Source: an uncultured Myxococcales bacterium (lineage in GTDB: Bacteria; Myxococcota_A; UBA9042). Taken from it: 51,736 nt of DNA. Numbering within the stretch: position 1 is the first letter of the stretch; every line of letters begins with the position of its first letter. Below, in pieces: positions 16,953-26,604 of the stretch. The stretch is from NCBI GenBank assembly GCA_903869075.1, contig CAIPXZ010000676.1:1-51736 (forward strand), written 5' to 3'. The translations under genes and the position numbers were made by a program. Under the pieces are notes generated by a model. It saw only the letters and a program-made list of their open reading frames with translations, was not told the DNA's origin and ran no database searches.

Positions 16953-18509
16953 CTACTTGCCCAGCGCCGTCTCGATCGCCTGAATCGCCGCCTGCACGGC
17001 TGGATCGGTCTGCACAAGCCAGTCGATCTTTTGGCATGCGTGAATCGCCGTCGAGTGATCGCGGCCGCCAAACGCGCGGCCAATCTCCGGAAACGACGCC
17101 TGCGTGTGCTTGCGCGTCAGCCACACTGCGACCATGCGCGGCACCACGACGCCGCGGTGGCGCTTGGCGCCCTTCAAATCGGTGACGCGCAGGCCATAGT
17201 GCTGCGCCGTGACGCGCTGGATGACCTCGACCGTCAGGTGCCGCGACGGCAGCTCGATGATCGGCCCCAGCGCCGCGCGCGCCAGCGCCAGGTCGATCGG
17301 CCGCTTGCCCAGCCGCGCGTGGGCGTAGAGCTTGTGCAGCGCGCCTTCCAACTCACGGACATTGTTGCGCAAATGATCGGAAAGGTAGTAGATGACGTCC
17401 AGTGGCACGTGCTGGTTCTGCGCTTCGCCCGCGGTCTCGCCCGGCTGCTTGCCGGTGCCGGGCGTCTGCTGCGCATGCTGGGCGGCGCGCTGGCGCAGGA
17501 TCGCCACGCGCAGGTCGCGATCCGGCGGCGAGATCCCGGCGGTCAAGCCGTTCTCAAAGCGCGATCGCAGGCGCTCGTGGAAGTCGTGCAGCTCGGACGG
17601 AAAGCGATCGCAGGTCAGCACGATCTGCTTGCCAGCCAGGTACAGCGCGTTGAAAGTATGGAAGAATTCTTCCTGCGTCGCCGTCTTGCCCTGCAGAAAC
17701 TGCACGTCGTCCAGCAGCAGCACGTCCACGTTGCGGTAGAACGCGCGGACGTCGACGCGCACCGAGGCGTCGCGCGAGCGCATGGCGGCGATCGTGTCGT
17801 CGGCAAAAGTCTCCGCCGGCACGTAGCGCACGCGCAGGTGCGGGTGGCGCGCCGTGATCGCGTTGCCGATCGCGTGCAGCAAGTGGGTTTTGCCCAAGCC
17901 GACGCCGCCGTAGAGAAACACCGGATTGACGGTCTCGCCGGGATGCTCGGCGACGGTGCGCGCCGCTGACAGCGCGAGCTGGTTGGACTCGCCCTCGACG
18001 AAGTTGCCGAACGTGAAGCGCGGCACCAGCGAACTGCTTGTCTCCAGCGAGTTGGCGACGTCCAGCGTGTCCGCCGGCGCGGCGTTGGCAAAGCGCGGAT
18101 CGGCGGCAAACAGCGGATCGGTGGCGTACGTCGCCTGCACGGCGAGGTGCGCGGCGGCAGGCGGCGGCTCCAGCTCCAGCGCCTGGCTGTCGTCGGCAAC
18201 GCGCAGCTCAATCGGCGGCTGACCCAGACCATTGGCCTCGATCGCCCGGCGCAGCGGCGCAAGGTGCTGCTGGGCGATGACGTCGCGGAAGTGCTCATCG
18301 GGCACTTCCAGGATGAAGCCGTCGGGACCGGCGGCGTGGGCGATCACCTTGTCAAACCAGGCATCGACGACGGAGCGGCGGGTGATGGTGCGCAGCTGGC
18401 TCAGCGTTTGCTGCCAAATCACGCGCACTTCCAGCGCATCCGCCGCCACAGCGCTGCCATCGCGCAGCGGCGCGGCAGTCTCAGTCGGTTGGGGCGTCGT
18501 CGGCGGCAT
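16953..18509 (-). CDS. dnaA: Chromosomal replication initiator protein DnaA
   Basis: FTFGNFVEGESN, NPVFLYGGVGLGKTHLLHAIGN, LLLDDVQF, QEEFFHTFN, RLRSRF, NVRELEGA and domain IV GGRDHSTAIHA. Start set at ATG 18509. Confidence 0.97.
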   Translation of the reverse strand: MPPTTPQPTETAAPLRDGSAVAADALEVRVIWQQTLSQLRTITRRSVVDAWFDKVIAHAAGPDGFILEVPDEHFRDVIAQQHLAPLRRAIEANGLGQPPIELRVADDSQALELEPPPAAAHLAVQATYATDPLFAADPRFANAAPADTLDVANSLETSSSLVPRFTFGNFVEGESNQLALSAARTVAEHPGETVNPVFLYGGVGLGKTHLLHAIGNAITARHPHLRVRYVPAETFADDTIAAMRSRDASVRVDVRAFYRNVDVLLLDDVQFLQGKTATQEEFFHTFNALYLAGKQIVLTCDRFPSELHDFHERLRSRFENGLTAGISPPDRDLRVAILRQRAAQHAQQTPGTGKQPGETAGEAQNQHVPLDVIYYLSDHLRNNVRELEGALHKLYAHARLGKRPIDLALARAALGPIIELPSRHLTVEVIQRVTAQHYGLRVTDLKGAKRHRGVVVPRMVAVWLTRKHTQASFPEIGRAFGGRDHSTAIHACQKIDWLVQTDPAVQAAIQAIETALGK

Positions 18510-19119
18510 GGTGCTTCGGCAGGTGAGAGGGTCGTTGCGGATGCCCCGCCAATACGCCCGCCGGCCCTGGGGCGCGGTCGACGTCGGGTTGGGGGCTGAC
18601 GGACGCGATAGGTATCGCGCCGCCCGCGGGCCGACAAGGGGAGAGCGCAAGATTGCCCGTCGGCGGCCGGTCATTCATCTCCAAGGTCATGACAATACAG
18701 GGTAAGTTGCATCCGGTTGACATTTCACAGAGTCAGCCGTTGACACTTCCAGCCGCAGCAAGGGAGGTAACCCCCTGATGCGCGGCACAATTGCCGGCTT
18801 GTTTGCTAACCCTATGAAAACAAAATGTTTTGCCAGAACCATTGAATATCAGCAACTTGTCGCAGAGTTGTTGCAGTGGCGTCGCCGCGCGATCGCTGAC
18901 CGACCGGTCACCCGCCGCGCGGATCGATCGGCGCATCGGCCGACCGGCGGGCGGACGCGACAAGGGACTCGCATTTTCCGCAACTTGGTGTAAACTGCCG
19001 CGCCCGCTGCTTGTGCAGACGTGCGCGAAATGACGGTTCCGTGGGTGTCTCCCAGAGCGCGCACAAGCCCCATCCGCCACGGCACCCGCCGCGACAACCC
19101 CTGAACCGAGGAACGTATC
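18510..19119. other. dnaA-rpmH divergent intergenic region, candidate oriC
   Basis: About 610 bp non-coding with an AT-rich tract near 18800-18860. Gene orientation switches here. Only mismatched DnaA boxes were seen, e.g. TTTTCCGCA at 18974-18982. Confidence 0.5.
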
Positions 19120-19266
19120 GTGAAGAAAGGTCTTGGTAATCCCAGCAAAATCTCCCGCCTCCGCACCCACGGCTTTCGCGCCCGCATGGCCACCAAGAAC
19201 GGCCGCGCTGTGCTCAACCGCCGCCGCGCCAAAGGTCGCCTGCGCATGACGGTCTCCACGAAGTGA
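19120..19266 (+). CDS. rpmH: 50S ribosomal protein L34 (absent from the ORF track, 48 aa)
   Basis: Manual translation from GTG 19120: [54 protein letters not shown]; lies before rnpA. Confidence 0.97.
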   Translation: MKKGLGNPSKISRLRTHGFRARMATKNGRAVLNRRRAKGRLRMTVSTK

Positions 19267-19679
19267 TCGCGTCGCCGCCGTCTGCCGCGCCGCACATTCC
19301 GGGACCGCCGGGCGTCCTGCCTGACCCCCGTGGGTTGTTGCGTCGTCGCAGTCGGCTGCAGCACAAGTCCGCGTTTGACTTGGTGTTTCAGCGCGGCCGG
19401 CGTGCCCAGGGCCGCCACTTGAGCCTGATCGCGTGCCTGCAGCGCGGCCCGGATGTCCAGCCGCGCATCGGCCTCGCAGTGGCCAAGGCCGTCGGTCACG
19501 CCCCCGCGCGCGCCCGGTTGCGGCGGCTGACGCGGGAAGCGTTTCGGGCCCTGCGGCCCGGCCTGCAGCGGCCGTTTGATCTGGTGGTCAGCGCCCGCCA
19601 GCCTTGGCCGGATGCGCAACTGCGCGATGTTGTTGAGGAATTGCTGTTCCTCAGCCAGAAACTGCGCCTGCTCGGCTGA
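19263..19679 (+). CDS. rnpA: Ribonuclease P protein component
   Basis: [26 protein letters not shown] and [14 protein letters not shown] (RNR-like motif). GTGA overlap with rpmH. Confidence 0.92.
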   Translation: MIASPPSAAPHIPGPPGVLPDPRGLLRRRSRLQHKSAFDLVFQRGRRAQGRHLSLIACLQRGPDVQPRIGLAVAKAVGHAPARARLRRLTREAFRALRPGLQRPFDLVVSARQPWPDAQLRDVVEELLFLSQKLRLLG

Positions 19680-19694
19680 ACGGAGCCAGCTACT

Positions 19695-20042
19695 TTGACG
19701 ACCGCGCCCTTTTCGCCACCGCTTGTCTCGCGCGTCGGTCGCTTGGACTACTGGCTGGCGTTGCCGTTGCTCGCGCTGATTCGCCTGTACCAGCGCACGT
19801 TGTCGCGGATCCTGCCGCCGGCGTGCCGCTTTACGCCCAGCTGTTCGCACTACGCCGCCACGGCGCTGCAGCAGCACAGCCTGCCGCGCGCGCTGGGTTT
19901 GACAACGTGGCGCCTGATGCGCTGCCAGCCGTTCTGCCGCGGCGGCCACGATCCGGTGCCGCCGGGTGCTTGGCACGGCCGCTGGCCGGTTACGCCACGC
20001 CACGATCTCTCCACCAGTTCGCCCAGTGAGACCTCCCAATGA
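19695..20042 (+). CDS. yidD: Membrane protein insertion efficiency factor YidD
   Basis: LIRLYQRTLS, CRFTPSCSHYA and RCQPFCRGGHDPVP; synteny. Confidence 0.95.
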   Translation: MTTAPFSPPLVSRVGRLDYWLALPLLALIRLYQRTLSRILPPACRFTPSCSHYAATALQQHSLPRALGLTTWRLMRCQPFCRGGHDPVPPGAWHGRWPVTPRHDLSTSSPSETSQ

Positions 20043-21859
20043 CGGCCATTCGAACCAGTTTCCTGATGCTCTGTGCAGTGTTGGCGATCCTGCCGGCAAA
20101 ATCGGCGCTTGCCGATCTGCCCGCCGCCGTCACGCCGACCGCCGCCGCAGTGACCAAGCCTGCCGGTCCGTGCCGGCCGGGTACGCCGGGCGCGACGCTG
20201 AACAGCGGCGATGCGCTGTGGACCGTGTCGCCGTGCTCCGGCGCGCTGCAGGCGGTGCACCTGTCCAGCCCGCAGTTCCACATCCGCGCGCGCGGTGAGC
20301 CCGCGGGCCTGCCGGCGTGGGCCAAGTCCAAGTATTCGGAAGGTCAGCTGGATTTGGTGCCGACGTGGGACGCGCCCTGGGACCCGTTCCAGGACACGAT
20401 TGTGCAGGCGCTCGTCGCCGGCCAGACGTCCGTGAAGATCCAGCGGCGCGAAGGCGGCGCGACGACGACGCAGACGGTGCCGAGCCTGCAGGCGCTGCAA
20501 AAAGCCGAGCCGCAGTGGACCGTGCTGCGCGCGGACGCGGCGCAAGTCACGATGATCTGGCCGGATCCGCGGCAGATCCAGGCGCCGCTGTACTTGGTCA
20601 AGACCTGGAAGCCGGCGGGCAAGACCGCCGCGGGCGTCGCGCAGCCGCTGTCCCTGGACGTGGAGCTGGCGGTGTGGAACGTCAGCGGCCAGGCCGTGCA
20701 GCTGACGCTGCAGCAGCAGGTGAGCAGCTTCCAGGACCCGAACGCCGGCTCGGGCGGCATGTTGGCGATGTTCTCGGCGCCGCCGGACAACAAAGGCGCG
20801 GGCTTTTGGCAGGCCGGCGCGCTCGTGCACCAGGACCTCGCCGGGCTGTCCAAGGCGGATCTGGCGGATCGCCAGCGCACCGGCAAACCCGAGTGGTTTG
20901 GCGTGGATTCCCGCTACTTTTTGCTGGCGGCGATCCCGCTGGACGGCTACGACGCCAAGTCGACAGTGACGCTGGTGCCGCGCGGCACCGGCGGCGTGCA
21001 GGCGCAGCTCGTGACCAGCGCGACGACAATCCCCGCGGCGACGTGCATGCCCAGCTGGTACCAGGTGAACTGGGGCGGCGTGGCGTGCGGCAATGACAAC
21101 GGCGCGGGTAAGAGCTGGAAATACTTGACCTATGCCGGTCCCAAGCAGCTGGACATGCTCAAGGAAATGGACCATGAGCTTGTGGGCAGCGTCGACTTTG
21201 GCTGGTTCACCGTCATCGCCAAGCCGATGCTGCTTGTGCTGCGCTGGGCCCACGACATCACCGGGCTGTGGCCGCTGGCGATCCTGATCCTGACGCTGCT
21301 GGTCAAGGTGTTGCTGTGGCCGGTGACGTCCAAGTCGATGAAATCGATGAAGAAAATGCAGCAGCTCAAGCCGGAACTGGACAAGGTCCGCGCCGAGCTG
21401 GAAGCGCGCGCCAAGAAGCTGGGTCAGGACAAGCCGGACCCGCAGGAGCTGAACCGCGCGACTTTTGATCTGTACAAAAAGCACGACGTCAACCCGCTGG
21501 GTGGCTGCTTGCCGATGCTGCTGCAGATGCCGGTGTACATCGCGCTGTACCGAACCATCAATAGTTCCGTGGAGTTGTTCAACCAGCCGCTGTTTGGCTG
21601 GGTGACCGATCTGACGGCCAAGGACCCGTACTACGTGCTGCCGCTGGTGCTGGGCGGCGTGATGTTTGCCCAGCAAAAGCTGACGCCGCAGGCCGGCGGT
21701 GACCCGGCGCAGCAGAAGATGATGCTGTATTTCATGCCGATTTTGTTCACGGCCATGATGCTGCAGCTGCCGTCCGGCCTGACCCTGTACATTTTGGCCA
21801 ACACCGTGTTGAGTGTGCTGCAGACGGTGTACGTCAACCGCTCTGCCAAAGCCGCCTGA
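20039..21859 (+). CDS. yidC: Membrane protein insertase YidC
   Basis: YAGPK, VDFGWF, SMKKMQQLKPE, NPLGGCLPMLLQMPV, DPYYVLP and PSGLTLY; synteny. Confidence 0.97.
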   Translation: MTAIRTSFLMLCAVLAILPAKSALADLPAAVTPTAAAVTKPAGPCRPGTPGATLNSGDALWTVSPCSGALQAVHLSSPQFHIRARGEPAGLPAWAKSKYSEGQLDLVPTWDAPWDPFQDTIVQALVAGQTSVKIQRREGGATTTQTVPSLQALQKAEPQWTVLRADAAQVTMIWPDPRQIQAPLYLVKTWKPAGKTAAGVAQPLSLDVELAVWNVSGQAVQLTLQQQVSSFQDPNAGSGGMLAMFSAPPDNKGAGFWQAGALVHQDLAGLSKADLADRQRTGKPEWFGVDSRYFLLAAIPLDGYDAKSTVTLVPRGTGGVQAQLVTSATTIPAATCMPSWYQVNWGGVACGNDNGAGKSWKYLTYAGPKQLDMLKEMDHELVGSVDFGWFTVIAKPMLLVLRWAHDITGLWPLAILILTLLVKVLLWPVTSKSMKSMKKMQQLKPELDKVRAELEARAKKLGQDKPDPQELNRATFDLYKKHDVNPLGGCLPMLLQMPVYIALYRTINSSVELFNQPLFGWVTDLTAKDPYYVLPLVLGGVMFAQQKLTPQAGGDPAQQKMMLYFMPILFTAMMLQLPSGLTLYILANTVLSVLQTVYVNRSAKAA

Positions 21860-21873
21860 GCAAAGAGGAAATC

Positions 21874-22512
21874 ATGTCTGAGCAGGAACTGACTGCGACC
21901 GAAGCGACCGCTGGTGCCGACGACGATGCCTCCGAGGAGAGCAGCGCGCCCAAGCAGCACGTGTCGCTGGCTGAGAAAGTGGCGATCGCCGAAGTGACCG
22001 CGCGGCGGCTTTTTGAGCTGCTGGGCGCCAAGATCCCGGGCGTGGAGTGCCGCGCTGACGAGGATCAGGTCATCGTGCAGCTCTCCGACCTCGACGCCGC
22101 GCTGCAGCCGCAGGGCGACACGCGGGTGCTGGAGTCGATGCAGTTCATCTTGAACAAGGCGATCAACCGCAACTCGCTGGACCGCACGCGGCTGTCGCTG
22201 GACACCGACGGCTTTCGCCGCCGCCGCCCGGAAGGCCTGGACAAGGTCGCGCAGGCGCTGGCGGACAAGAGCAAGCTGCTGGGCAAGTCGCTGGCGATCG
22301 GCCCGCTGGGCCAGGGCGACCTGCGCTTTCTGACGGCGCAGCTGTCGCGCACGCCGGGCATGACGCTCGTGCACCACGGCGCGCCGGAGCGGCGGCGGCT
22401 GATTCTGGCGCCCAAGGCGCTGGTGATGGATGCGCCGCGCCAGCACGAGGCGAACGGCGACGACGCGCCCGGTCAGGGCGGCGGGCATCGGCGGCGGCGG
22501 CGGCGGCGCTAG
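21874..22512 (+). CDS. jag: Jag/EloR/KhpB-like protein (degenerate KH-R3H)
   Basis: Directly after yidC. LESMQFILN...LDTDGFRRRR...LADK...GAPERRRLIL aligns by eye with Jag KH and R3H regions. Confidence 0.75.
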   Translation: MSEQELTATEATAGADDDASEESSAPKQHVSLAEKVAIAEVTARRLFELLGAKIPGVECRADEDQVIVQLSDLDAALQPQGDTRVLESMQFILNKAINRNSLDRTRLSLDTDGFRRRRPEGLDKVAQALADKSKLLGKSLAIGPLGQGDLRFLTAQLSRTPGMTLVHHGAPERRRLILAPKALVMDAPRQHEANGDDAPGQGGGHRRRRRRR

Positions 22513-22524
22513 CCGCGGCGGCGG

Positions 22525-23043
22525 TTACTTCTTGAGGTCGCCGAGGTAGGTCGACAGGTCATTGACCAAGCCGCTCATGGACTTACCAAACTTCTGGTCG
22601 TCCTCGCCCCACTGCACAATCGCCTGCTCGCGCTCGTCTTCCTTGGCGGACTTGAGGCGATCGACGAGCTTCGCGGTGCTCTCGGCATACCGGCTCAGCG
22701 TCTGCTGCAGGCCCTGGTGGATGTCGCCCAGCTTGCCGTTCGGCACTTTTTCTTCGTTCGCCGCCTTGCTCAGCTCTTCCACCCGCGGCAGCAGCGCGTC
22801 GCGAAACAGCGGCAGCATCTGCTCGGGATCGTTGACCTGGTACAGGTCCTCGCGGGCCTTGTTCATGCCCGTCAGCGCCGGCTTGGCCTTCTCGAGGAAC
22901 AGCTTATACTGCCGCACGTCGTCGAATTCGTGGCTGCCGCACGCCGCCAGGCTCAGCAGGCTGAGCGTGAACAGCGCCAGCAAGATGCGGCGAGCGAACG
23001 TAAAGTGCGTAGACCGACCGGTCCAAAAGGTGCGATTGTGCAT
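22525..23043 (-). CDS. Hypothetical helical lipoprotein
   Basis: Lipobox LAAC after a hydrophobic stretch; amphipathic helices. Start uncertain (23043 or 23088). Confidence 0.7.
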   Translation of the reverse strand: MHNRTFWTGRSTHFTFARRILLALFTLSLLSLAACGSHEFDDVRQYKLFLEKAKPALTGMNKAREDLYQVNDPEQMLPLFRDALLPRVEELSKAANEEKVPNGKLGDIHQGLQQTLSRYAESTAKLVDRLKSAKEDEREQAIVQWGEDDQKFGKSMSGLVNDLSTYLGDLKK

Positions 23044-23188
23044 GTTGTCATCCGCGCGGACTTGCGTTGGCGCCCGCCCATGGTCCAAGTTACCTTAGCC
23101 CAGCGCTGCTTCCGTGTCGAGCGAGCGCACCTGTCCCCTGTGCGCTTTTTGCGCGCCCCACCTGCTGAACCGTTCCAGGAGTCTGACG

Positions 23189-23608
23189 ATGGCCGTCCCG
23201 CCCATTTCGCCCTTTGGCATTCATCACATGGCGATCCAGTGCTTTGACCTGCCGGCCATGGCGCGGTTTTATGAAAAAGTCCTGCGGCTGCACGTGGAAA
23301 GGCGCTGGCCGGCGGAGGACGGCAGCGATCGCTCGGTGTGGCTGCGATCGGGCAATTCCGTCATCGCGCTGGAGCGTTGCGCGCTGACGCCCGCGCCGGA
23401 CGAGTGGCAGTCCGACGAGCCCGGGCTGCACCTGCTGGCGCTGGAGATCGCCTGGCAAAACCGCGATACGTGGCTGAAATGGCTGGCGCATCAGGAAGTT
23501 GCCGTGGTGTTCGAGTCGGCCTGGACGATCTACGTCCATGACCCGGAGGGCAACCGCGTTGGCCTGTCGCATTTCCCGTTCACGGCGGATGGCCAGCGCA
23601 CCGCGTAG
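23189..23608 (+). CDS. VOC/glyoxalase family protein
   Basis: IHHMAI, ARFYEKVL, GLHLLAL and IYVHDPEGNRVGL. AGGAG SD before ATG 23189. Confidence 0.9.
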   Translation: MAVPPISPFGIHHMAIQCFDLPAMARFYEKVLRLHVERRWPAEDGSDRSVWLRSGNSVIALERCALTPAPDEWQSDEPGLHLLALEIAWQNRDTWLKWLAHQEVAVVFESAWTIYVHDPEGNRVGLSHFPFTADGQRTA

Positions 23609-23713
23609 CGAAGAAGTCGTCGATTGCTTGCCGTTTTCGGTAACGCGCCCCTATGATACCCTGCCCGAGCCACTGACTGGCACGGTACCAGTTGCCCCCG
23701 GAGGACCTGTCGC

Positions 23714-26386
23714 ATGACAGATCGGCGGATCGCCCAACGTTTCAGCGTGCATGCCACTCTCGAAGAGGGCAAGCTTGGAACCCTGTTTTGGACGCAAGAT
23801 GAGGAGCGGGGCGCGCCAGCGTTGCTGTTGCTGCTCGCTGCGGCCACGCGTTCGGACGACGCGACGTTGGCGGCCATTGTCGCCGACCAGCAGCCCGGCC
23901 CGCACGTTTTGGCGACCTACGCCCATGGCCGGTGCGACGAGGGCGCCTGGCTGGCGACCGATGCCAGCGGCACGATCGCCGAAGCCTCGACCCTGGAAGC
24001 GGTGCTCAAGCGCCGCGATCGCCTGGAGCTGAGCCACATCCTGCGGCTGGCCGTGGCGCTGTCACGCGCGGTGGACGCCCTGGGCACCGCCGCCAAGCAG
24101 CACCTGGACATCCATCCCAACCGCGTGTGGCTGGCCTCGGGCGCGTTGGCGACCGGTGCGCCGCAGCTGTTTGGCATCGGTTGGTGGCGGCTGCTGCCGG
24201 CGTACCAGAGCGGCGCCCCGGCGGAAGCGTTCTATGGCAACCCGGAATACCTCGCGGCGGAGCTGTGCAAGGGCCTGCCGGCGACGGCGACGGCCGACGT
24301 GTACGGCGCGGCGACGACGCTGTGGGCGGTCGCGGCCGGCAAGCCGCCGTTCCCGTCGAACCAGCCGCTGATGGCGCTGAAGCGTCAGGCGGTGGAGAAG
24401 CCGCTGCGGCTGGATCTGGTCAAGCCGGCGCTGGCTGGCGTCAAAGACCTGCAAGCGATCGTCGCCGACGCGTTGGACAAGGAGCCGACCAAGCGGCCCG
24501 CACCGGCGGCATGGCGTACGGCCGTGGAAGGTTTGGCGGCGCAAAAAGCGGCCGATGTCCTGCAGCAAACCGCGCCTGCGCCGGCGGTCGCATCCGTACC
24601 CGCACCCGCACCCGCACCCGCACCAGCGGCGCTTGACGATGCCGCCGATTCGCACGCCACGCTGCAGTTCTCTGGCCCCGCCGTTGCCGCCGCGCTGGCC
24701 GCCGCTGCCCAACCGGCTGAGCCGACGCCGGCCGCCGCGCCGATGGATGACGCCACGGCCTTGGCCTCGCTGCCCGACGCGCCCGCCGACGGCGATGAGG
24801 ACGACGAAGGCGCCGAAGGCACTGGGTCGCGCCAAGGCCGCCGCCGCGAACGCCGTGAACGCCAGACTGTGGCCGGCATTGGCATTGCTGCAGCATTGGC
24901 TGAGGCCAACCTCGCTGATCAAAAGCCTGGCGGCGCCGGTCTCGCCGGCCTGACGCCGCGCACCACCCCGACGCTGGAAGGTCTGACGCGCACGCCTGCC
25001 GCCGCGTCAGGCAGTGCGCCGTCGCGTCCGGCGCTGAGCCCGCTGTCGCCGGTGGCGCCCGCTGCTGGTCGCGGCGATTCGGCGCCGCCCAAGCGCCCGG
25101 AGTCGTCCGGTGGCCCGCGTGTCATCGTCAATCAGCCGGCCAAGCCGGCGTCCGGGGCCGCTGTGGCGCGCACCGGCCGTTCGCTGACCGCGGAGATCGC
25201 CGAGGGCGCGTTCTTTGAGGAAGATCCGTCGGCAAGTGGCGCCGCGGTCGATCTGGGTGACCAGTCGCCGCCGACGCCGCCCAAGGAGTCGCTGAATCGC
25301 AAGGCGCTGCTGGCGATCCTCGGTTTTGCCGTGCTGATGCTGGGCGTCTCGACCTGGATGTCGCAGCGCCCCTCGGCGCCGGAGACGCCGCCGGCTGAGC
25401 CCGCACCCGCTGCTGAGGAGCCCGCCGTCGAGGCCGCTGCCGATGCGACGACTGCCGCTGCGCCCGCGCCAGCTGCCGTGACGCCGGTTGCCGCGCCGAT
25501 CGCACCGACGCCGGCCGCTGCGCCACCTGTGGTTGTCCCTGCGGCTGTTGCGCCCGACGCCGGGGCGACCGTCGCTGCGGCGCCTGTGCCTGCGGTGGCT
25601 GCGGCCGCCGTGGATGCCGGTGCGACCGCTGCTGCCGACGTCAAGGTTGCCGTGGCGCCGCCGCTGTCGCCCGCCGAGGCGGCGCGCCAGACCGAAGTTG
25701 TGCGCTTGGTGGCGGAGGGCAACTCCGCGTTGGCGACCAAGGATCCGGTGACGGCGCTGGCCAAGGCGCAAGACGCGCTGAAGCTCAATCCGGGGCATGC
25801 GCCGGCGCAGCTGCTCAAGGAGCAGGCGCAGCGCGGCGTGGAAGCGGCGATCGTCGAAGCCAAGGCCGCGGAGGCCAAAGCGGTCGAGGCGAAGGCCGCC
25901 GAAGCCAAGGCTGCGCAGCCGGTGCGTCTGGATGCCGTCGCCAGCCGCGAGGGCAAGCCGGCCAACAAGCGCGAGGCGCAAAAGGCCGCGGCCAAGCGCG
26001 CCCAGGCGCAAAAGGCTGAACGTGCGGCTGCCGCCAAGGAAGCTGCGGCGGCCAAGTCCAAGGCAGCGCGGGAGCGTGCTGCCGCCAAGAAGGCCGAAAA
26101 AGAGGCTGCGGCCAAGAAGGCCGAGAAAGAAGTGGCCAAAAAAGTCGCGCCGGAGCCGCCGCCGCGGCCGGCCCGTCCCGAGGCGCGGCCGGTGGAAAAG
26201 CCGGCAGAAGAGAGCGGCTCGGCGACGCAGGAAGCCAGCAAGTTCGCGGCGTTGGCGCAAAAAGCCAGCAAGGCCAAGCTCAAGGTGCTGTACCTGCAGA
26301 AGGCCGTCAAGATGGATCCGGGCAATGCGGGCTATAAGGCCCAGCTCAAGGCCGCGGAAGAACAGCTGAAGACGGAAGGGCCGTAA
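23714..26386 (+). CDS. Membrane-spanning Ser/Thr protein kinase-like protein (probable pseudokinase) with C-terminal TPR-like and Ala/Lys-rich regions
   Basis: HLDIHPNRV, GNPEYLAAE, ADVYGAA...GKPPF and KEPTKRP subdomains; TM helix ALLAILGFAVLMLGVSTW; GGAGG SD. Confidence 0.8.
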   Translation: MTDRRIAQRFSVHATLEEGKLGTLFWTQDEERGAPALLLLLAAATRSDDATLAAIVADQQPGPHVLATYAHGRCDEGAWLATDASGTIAEASTLEAVLKRRDRLELSHILRLAVALSRAVDALGTAAKQHLDIHPNRVWLASGALATGAPQLFGIGWWRLLPAYQSGAPAEAFYGNPEYLAAELCKGLPATATADVYGAATTLWAVAAGKPPFPSNQPLMALKRQAVEKPLRLDLVKPALAGVKDLQAIVADALDKEPTKRPAPAAWRTAVEGLAAQKAADVLQQTAPAPAVASVPAPAPAPAPAALDDAADSHATLQFSGPAVAAALAAAAQPAEPTPAAAPMDDATALASLPDAPADGDEDDEGAEGTGSRQGRRRERRERQTVAGIGIAAALAEANLADQKPGGAGLAGLTPRTTPTLEGLTRTPAAASGSAPSRPALSPLSPVAPAAGRGDSAPPKRPESSGGPRVIVNQPAKPASGAAVARTGRSLTAEIAEGAFFEEDPSASGAAVDLGDQSPPTPPKESLNRKALLAILGFAVLMLGVSTWMSQRPSAPETPPAEPAPAAEEPAVEAAADATTAAAPAPAAVTPVAAPIAPTPAAAPPVVVPAAVAPDAGATVAAAPVPAVAAAAVDAGATAAADVKVAVAPPLSPAEAARQTEVVRLVAEGNSALATKDPVTALAKAQDALKLNPGHAPAQLLKEQAQRGVEAAIVEAKAAEAKAVEAKAAEAKAAQPVRLDAVASREGKPANKREAQKAAAKRAQAQKAERAAAAKEAAAAKSKAARERAAAKKAEKEAAAKKAEKEVAKKVAPEPPPRPARPEARPVEKPAEESGSATQEASKFAALAQKASKAKLKVLYLQKAVKMDPGNAGYKAQLKAAEEQLKTEGP

Positions 26387-26604
26387 GGCTGGCGGCGCCA
26401 ACGGCCGCGCTGCGCGCACTTGCATCCGCTGCCGGCGATGTTCACCATGAAGGCCGCTACCGCCGTGACAAGGATGTCAGGTGGCGCAACGGGCAACCGC
26501 CTCGCCGGACGGGTCTGGATGGCTGATCGAGCGCGTCGCACGCAGGGAAAAACGCTGAAAAATCAGCAGACTACCCGTTGTGTACACGATCAGGTGGCGG
26601 ACGC

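Noticed and set aside
23678-23697. TGGCACGGTACCAGTTGC as a sigma54 promoter for the kinase-like gene
   Set aside because: The GG-to-GC spacing is not 10 nt.
24590-26140. CCCGCA and GCCAAGAAGGCCGA repeats in the kinase-like gene
   Set aside because: They are ordinary in-frame low-complexity linkers (PAPAPA, AKKAEKE).
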